32,000 nt of DNA, taken from NCBI RefSeq assembly GCF_000406145.1, contig NZ_CM001976.1:133186-165185 (forward strand). The letters are read 5' to 3'. How positions within the stretch are numbered: position 1 is the stretch's first letter; each line of letters starts with the position of its first letter. The translations under genes and the position numbers were made by a program. The stretch is from Dickeya dadantii NCPPB 898. Its GTDB lineage: Bacteria; Pseudomonadota; Gammaproteobacteria; Enterobacterales; Enterobacteriaceae. The notes under the pieces are model-generated. The model made no database searches, was not told where the DNA came from, and saw nothing but the letters and a program-made list of their open reading frames with translations. Positions 27,416 through 32,000 of this stretch are shown here, one piece after another.

Positions 27416-28735
27416 ATGTTTCAGCACGCTATCCGTAAAACCGCCGCCGTTGTCATTATGGCCTTAGCCGCCAGCGCACAGGCGCAGGCCGTTACCGAAA
27501 TCCCGTTCTGGCATTCGATGGAAGGGGAACTGGGTAAGACTGTCAATTCTCTGGCTGACCGTTTCAACCAGACACACAGCGACGTCAAAATCGTGCCGGT
27601 GTACAAAGGCAACTACGAGCAGAGTCTGGCGGCCGGGATTGCGGCGTTCCGCAGCGGTAATGCGCCGGCTATCCTGCAGGTGTATGAAGTGGGCACCGCC
27701 ACCATGATGGCCAGCAAGGCGATCAAACCGGTGTATCAGGTCTTTAAAGACGCCGGCGTGCCGTACGATGAGAAAATTTTCGTGCCGACCGTTTCCGGTT
27801 ACTACTCTGATGCCAAGACCGGCCACCTGCTGTCTCAGCCGTTCAACAGCTCTACGCCGGTGCTGTACTACAACAAAGACGCCTTCAAAAAAGCGGGTCT
27901 GGACCCGGAGCAGCCACCGAAAACCTGGCAGCAGATGGCCGAATACACCGCCAAACTGCGCGCGTCCGGCATGAAGTGCGGTTACGCCAGCGGCTGGCAG
28001 GGCTGGATTCAGATTGAAAACTTCAGCGCCTGGCACGGCCTGCCGATCGCCACCAAAAACAACGGTTTCGACGGTCTTGATGCGGTGCTGGAGTTCAACA
28101 AACCGGTTCAGGTCAAGCATATTCAGATGCTGGAAGACATGAACAAGAAAGGGGACTTCACCTACTACGGCCGCAAAGACGAGCCGACCGAGAAGTTCTA
28201 TAACGGCGACTGCGCCATGACCACCGCGTCATCCGGTTCGCTGGCGAATATTCGTCAGTACGCCAAGTTCAACTACGGTGTAGCCATGATGCCGTATGAC
28301 GCCGACGTGAAAGGCGCGCCGCAGAACGCCATTATCGGCGGCGCCAGCCTGTGGGTGATGAACGGCAAAGACGCCGCCACCTACAAAGGCGTGGCTGAGT
28401 TTATGCAGTTCCTGTCTACGCCGGAAATCGCCGCCGAGTGGCACCAGAAGACCGGTTATCTGCCGATCACCACCGCCGCTTACGAGCTGACGAAACAGCA
28501 GGGTTTCTATGACAAGAACCCCGGCGCCGACATCGCCACCCGTCAGATGCTGAACAAAGAACCGCTGCCGTTCACCAAGGGGCTGCGTCTGGGCAACATG
28601 CCGCAGATTCGCACCATCGTGGACGAAGAGCTGGAAAGCGTCTGGACCGGCAAGAAAACCCCGCAGCAGGCGCTGGATGCCGCTGTGGAACGCGGCAACG
28701 CGCTGCTGCGCCGCTTCGAACAAGCGAACAAGTAA
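27416..28735 (+). CDS. ugpB: sn-glycerol-3-phosphate ABC transporter periplasmic binding protein UgpB
   Basis: Start trimmed to [25 protein letters not shown] (signal peptide; AGGAG upstream). Long identities to remembered E. coli UgpB ([71 protein letters not shown]). Confidence 0.95.
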   Translation: MFQHAIRKTAAVVIMALAASAQAQAVTEIPFWHSMEGELGKTVNSLADRFNQTHSDVKIVPVYKGNYEQSLAAGIAAFRSGNAPAILQVYEVGTATMMASKAIKPVYQVFKDAGVPYDEKIFVPTVSGYYSDAKTGHLLSQPFNSSTPVLYYNKDAFKKAGLDPEQPPKTWQQMAEYTAKLRASGMKCGYASGWQGWIQIENFSAWHGLPIATKNNGFDGLDAVLEFNKPVQVKHIQMLEDMNKKGDFTYYGRKDEPTEKFYNGDCAMTTASSGSLANIRQYAKFNYGVAMMPYDADVKGAPQNAIIGGASLWVMNGKDAATYKGVAEFMQFLSTPEIAAEWHQKTGYLPITTAAYELTKQQGFYDKNPGADIATRQMLNKEPLPFTKGLRLGNMPQIRTIVDEELESVWTGKKTPQQALDAAVERGNALLRRFEQANK

Positions 28736-28745
28736 CCGTATTCCG

Positions 28746-28763
28746 GGCCGAAGGGATTCGGCC
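28746..28763 (+). other. Intercistronic hairpin after ugpB
   Basis: Perfect 7-bp stem GGCCGAA / TTCGGCC with a GGGA loop, 10 nt after the stop codon. Confidence 0.5.
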
Positions 28764-28768
28764 ACCCC

Positions 28769-28832
28769 TTTCTGAGAACTCTGTTTTCTCAGAGGACTGT
28801 TTTCTGAGAATCCTGTTTTCTGAGAGCATTTT
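28769..28832. repeat. 16-bp tandem repeat, four copies (TTTCTGAGAnnnCTGT), filling the ugpB-ugpA spacer
   Basis: Read directly. Units start at 28769, 28785, 28801 and 28817, an exact 16-bp period. The last unit ends 2 nt before the ugpA ATG. Confidence 0.9.
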
Positions 28833-28834
28833 GC

Positions 28835-29722
28835 ATGACTGCTTCCCGTCCTGTTTTTGGCCGCAGCCTGCTGCCTTATCTGCTGGTGCTGCCGCAACTG
28901 ACCATCACGGTGATCTTCTTCCTCTGGCCCGCCGGGCAGGCGCTTTGGTACTCGGTGCAGAGCGTAGACCCGTTCGGTCTTTCCAGTCAGTTTGTCGGGT
29001 TGGACAACTTCACCAACCTGTTTCACGACAGCTATTACCTCGGCTCGTTTTACACCACGCTGTTGTTCAGTTTTTTGGTGGCGGCGTCGGGGCTGATCGT
29101 GTCGCTGTTTCTGGCCGCGCTGGTGGATTACACCCTGCGTTTCAGCCGCCTGTACCAGACGCTGCTGATTCTGCCTTACGCGGTGGCGCCCGCCGTGGCG
29201 GCGGTGCTGTGGATGTTTCTGTTTAACCCCGGCCTGGGGTTGATCACCTGGTTGCTGCACCAGTGGGGTTACGACTGGAACCACGCCCAGCACAGCGGTC
29301 AGGCGATGTTTTTGGTGGTGCTGGCGTCGGTATGGAAGCAGATCAGCTACAACTTCCTGTTTTTTCTGGCCGCGTTGCAGTCTATTCCCCGCTCGTTGAT
29401 CGAAGCGGCGGCGATTGACGGCGCCGGGCCGGTGCGCCGGTTCTTCAATCTGGTGTTGCCGCTGATTTCGCCGGTGAGTTTTTTCCTGCTGGTGGTCAAC
29501 CTGACCTACGCCTTCTTCGACACCTTCCCGGTGATCGACGCCGCCACCGGCGGTGGGCCGGTGCAGGCCACCACTACGCTTATCTACAAGATTTACCGCG
29601 AAGGTTTCGCCGGTTTGGATCTCTCCAGTTCGGCGGCGCAGTCGGTGGTGCTGATGCTGGTGGTGACCGTGTTGACGGTAATTCAGTTCCGCTTTGTCGA
29701 GCGTAAGGTGAACTATCAATGA
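28835..29722 (+). CDS. ugpA: sn-glycerol-3-phosphate ABC transporter permease UgpA
   Basis: MTASRPVF...LPYLLV.PQL.ITVIFF.WPAG.ALWYS.QSVDPFG, the EAA loop [15 protein letters not shown], and the end ..KV.YQ*, as in E. coli UgpA. Confidence 0.95.
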   Translation: MTASRPVFGRSLLPYLLVLPQLTITVIFFLWPAGQALWYSVQSVDPFGLSSQFVGLDNFTNLFHDSYYLGSFYTTLLFSFLVAASGLIVSLFLAALVDYTLRFSRLYQTLLILPYAVAPAVAAVLWMFLFNPGLGLITWLLHQWGYDWNHAQHSGQAMFLVVLASVWKQISYNFLFFLAALQSIPRSLIEAAAIDGAGPVRRFFNLVLPLISPVSFFLLVVNLTYAFFDTFPVIDAATGGGPVQATTTLIYKIYREGFAGLDLSSSAAQSVVLMLVVTVLTVIQFRFVERKVNYQ

Positions 29723-29752
29723 GCAAGTTCACAATGAGCAAGTTCACAATGA
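29719..29752. repeat. 15-bp tandem repeat ATGAGCAAGTTCACA, two copies plus a partial ATGA, at the ugpA/ugpE junction
   Basis: Read directly: 29719-29733 equals 29734-29748, then ATGA. Confidence 0.92.
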
Positions 29753-30612
29753 CAGGGAACCGAATGATTGAGAATCGACGCGGGCTGGATATATTCAGCC
29801 ACGCCATGCTGGTGGTCGCCATTCTGGCGGTGCTGTTCCCGCTGTACGTGGCGTTCATCGCCGCCACCCTGAGTCAGGAGCAGATGTCGCAGGTGCCGAT
29901 GTCGCTGATCCCCGGCGGGCACCTGTGGGAAAACATGACCTATATCTGGCGGCACGGCGTGGGCGACAACAACAGCGCGCCGTTCGGCCTGATGCTGTTC
30001 AACAGCTTCGTGATGGCGCTGGCGATCACCGTCGGCAAAATCAGCGTCTCGATGCTGTCGGCTTTCGCCATCGTCTATTTCCGTTTTCCGTGCCGCAACC
30101 TGTTCTTCTGGATGATTTTCTCCACCCTGATGCTGCCGGTGGAAGTGCGAATTTTTCCGACGGTCGAGGTGATTTCCCATCTCAGCATGACCAACAGCTA
30201 TGTCGGGTTGACGCTGCCGGTGATGGCGTCCGCCACCGCCACTTTTCTGTTCCGCCAGTTCTTCATGACGCTGCCGGACGAACTGCTGGAGGCGGCGCGT
30301 ATCGACGGCGCCGGCCCGATGCGCTTTTTCTTCGACATGGTGCTGCCGTTGTCCAAAACCAATCTGGCGGCGCTGTTTGTCATCACCTTTATCTACGGTT
30401 GGAACCAGTATCTGTGGCCGCTGTTGATCGTCAACGACCCCAATCTGGGCACGGCGGTAGCCGGGATTCAGAGCATGATCGCCACCGGCGACACCGCTAC
30501 GCCCTGGCATCAGGTGATGGCGGCGATGCTGATGACGATGCTGCCGCCTCTGTTGATTGTGCTGCTGATGCAGCGCTGGTTTGTTCGCGGTCTGGTTGAT
30601 AGTGAGAAATAA
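29719..30612 (+). CDS. ugpE: sn-glycerol-3-phosphate ABC transporter permease UgpE, with a possible 15-aa N-terminal extension
   Basis: From MIENR (ATG 29764) on, it is colinear with remembered E. coli UgpE, including the EAA loop [15 protein letters not shown] and the end [11 protein letters not shown] placed the start at 29719 because that ATG overlaps the ugpA stop (ATGA) and sits 7 nt after AAGGTGA. In-frame alternatives are 29734, 29749 and 29764. Confidence 0.85.
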   Translation: MSKFTMSKFTMTGNRMIENRRGLDIFSHAMLVVAILAVLFPLYVAFIAATLSQEQMSQVPMSLIPGGHLWENMTYIWRHGVGDNNSAPFGLMLFNSFVMALAITVGKISVSMLSAFAIVYFRFPCRNLFFWMIFSTLMLPVEVRIFPTVEVISHLSMTNSYVGLTLPVMASATATFLFRQFFMTLPDELLEAARIDGAGPMRFFFDMVLPLSKTNLAALFVITFIYGWNQYLWPLLIVNDPNLGTAVAGIQSMIATGDTATPWHQVMAAMLMTMLPPLLIVLLMQRWFVRGLVDSEK

Positions 30613-30618
30613 AATCTT

Positions 30619-31691
<1,073 letters not shown>

Positions 31692-31695
<4 letters not shown>

Positions 31696-32000
31696 CCCCG
31701 AACTGGCCTTATCCCGCTATCGTCGCCCACCGCGGCGGCGGTTCTCTGGCACCGGAAAACACGCTGGCGGCGATTGATGTCGGCGCGCACCACGGTCACC
31801 GGATGATCGAGTTCGACGCCAAGCTGTCGCAGGACGGGCAGATTTTCCTGCTGCACGACGACACGCTTGAACGCACCAGCAACGGCTGGGGCGTGGCGGG
31901 TGACCTGCCGTGGGACAAACTGGTCGGGTTGGACGTCGGCAGTTGGTACAGCCGGCAGTTCCGCGGCGAGCGTCTGCCGCTGCTGTCTGAAGTGGCGAAG
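31692..32000 (+). CDS. ugpQ: Glycerophosphodiester phosphodiesterase UgpQ (5' part, truncated by the window edge)
   Basis: Not in the ORF track because there is no stop in the window. My translation from ATG 31692 (ATGA overlap with the ugpC stop) is [64 protein letters not shown]. This matches remembered E. coli UgpQ. Confidence 0.9.

Noticed and set aside
28769-28832. Whether any of the tandem repeat arrays is a CRISPR array.
   Set aside because: The units are directly adjacent with no unique spacers, number at most four copies and are 15-25 bp long. No cas genes are present.

Overview
This is an Enterobacterales chromosomal window, about mid-50s % GC by eye. The many chemoreceptor paralogs suggest a soft-rot Pectobacteriaceae/Dickeya-like host, but that is a guess. 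The backbone is the conserved E. coli-type block: tusA, yhhN, a DUF1820-like gene, yhhL-rsmD (minus strand), ftsYEX, rpoH, panZ, livKHMGF, then ugpBAEC-ugpQ, with ugpQ running off the right edge. Between livF (ends 13127) and ugpB (starts 27416) lies a ~14.3 kb accessory block. It holds a stand-alone PLP aminotransferase and five tandem same-strand methyl-accepting chemotaxis protein (MCP) genes with four-helix-bundle-type periplasmic sensors. It also holds one orphan Gly/Ala/Ser-rich protein lacking Cys, Trp, Tyr and His, preceded by a good sigma-28 (FliA) promoter match. The block further contains one canonical ERIC element, one ERIC chimera and a short serine-hydrolase-like gene remnant. 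Three things deserve a second look. (1) The orphan FliA-linked protein inside the receptor array. (2) The mosaic structure of the array: a ~0.93 kb near-identical signalling module shared by two neighbours, with identity breaking at the TM2/HAMP border; sensor scaffolds of fixed length; a mix of receptors with and without the pentapeptide. (3) A recurring pattern of unrelated short tandem duplications (15-25 bp units), several sitting exactly on gene boundaries (yhhN 3' end, rpoH leader, ugpB leader, ugpB-ugpA spacer, ugpA/ugpE junction). I saw no CRISPR array, tRNA/rRNA gene, integrase or transposase. All homology statements come from remembered E. coli sequences and motifs, not from database searches.
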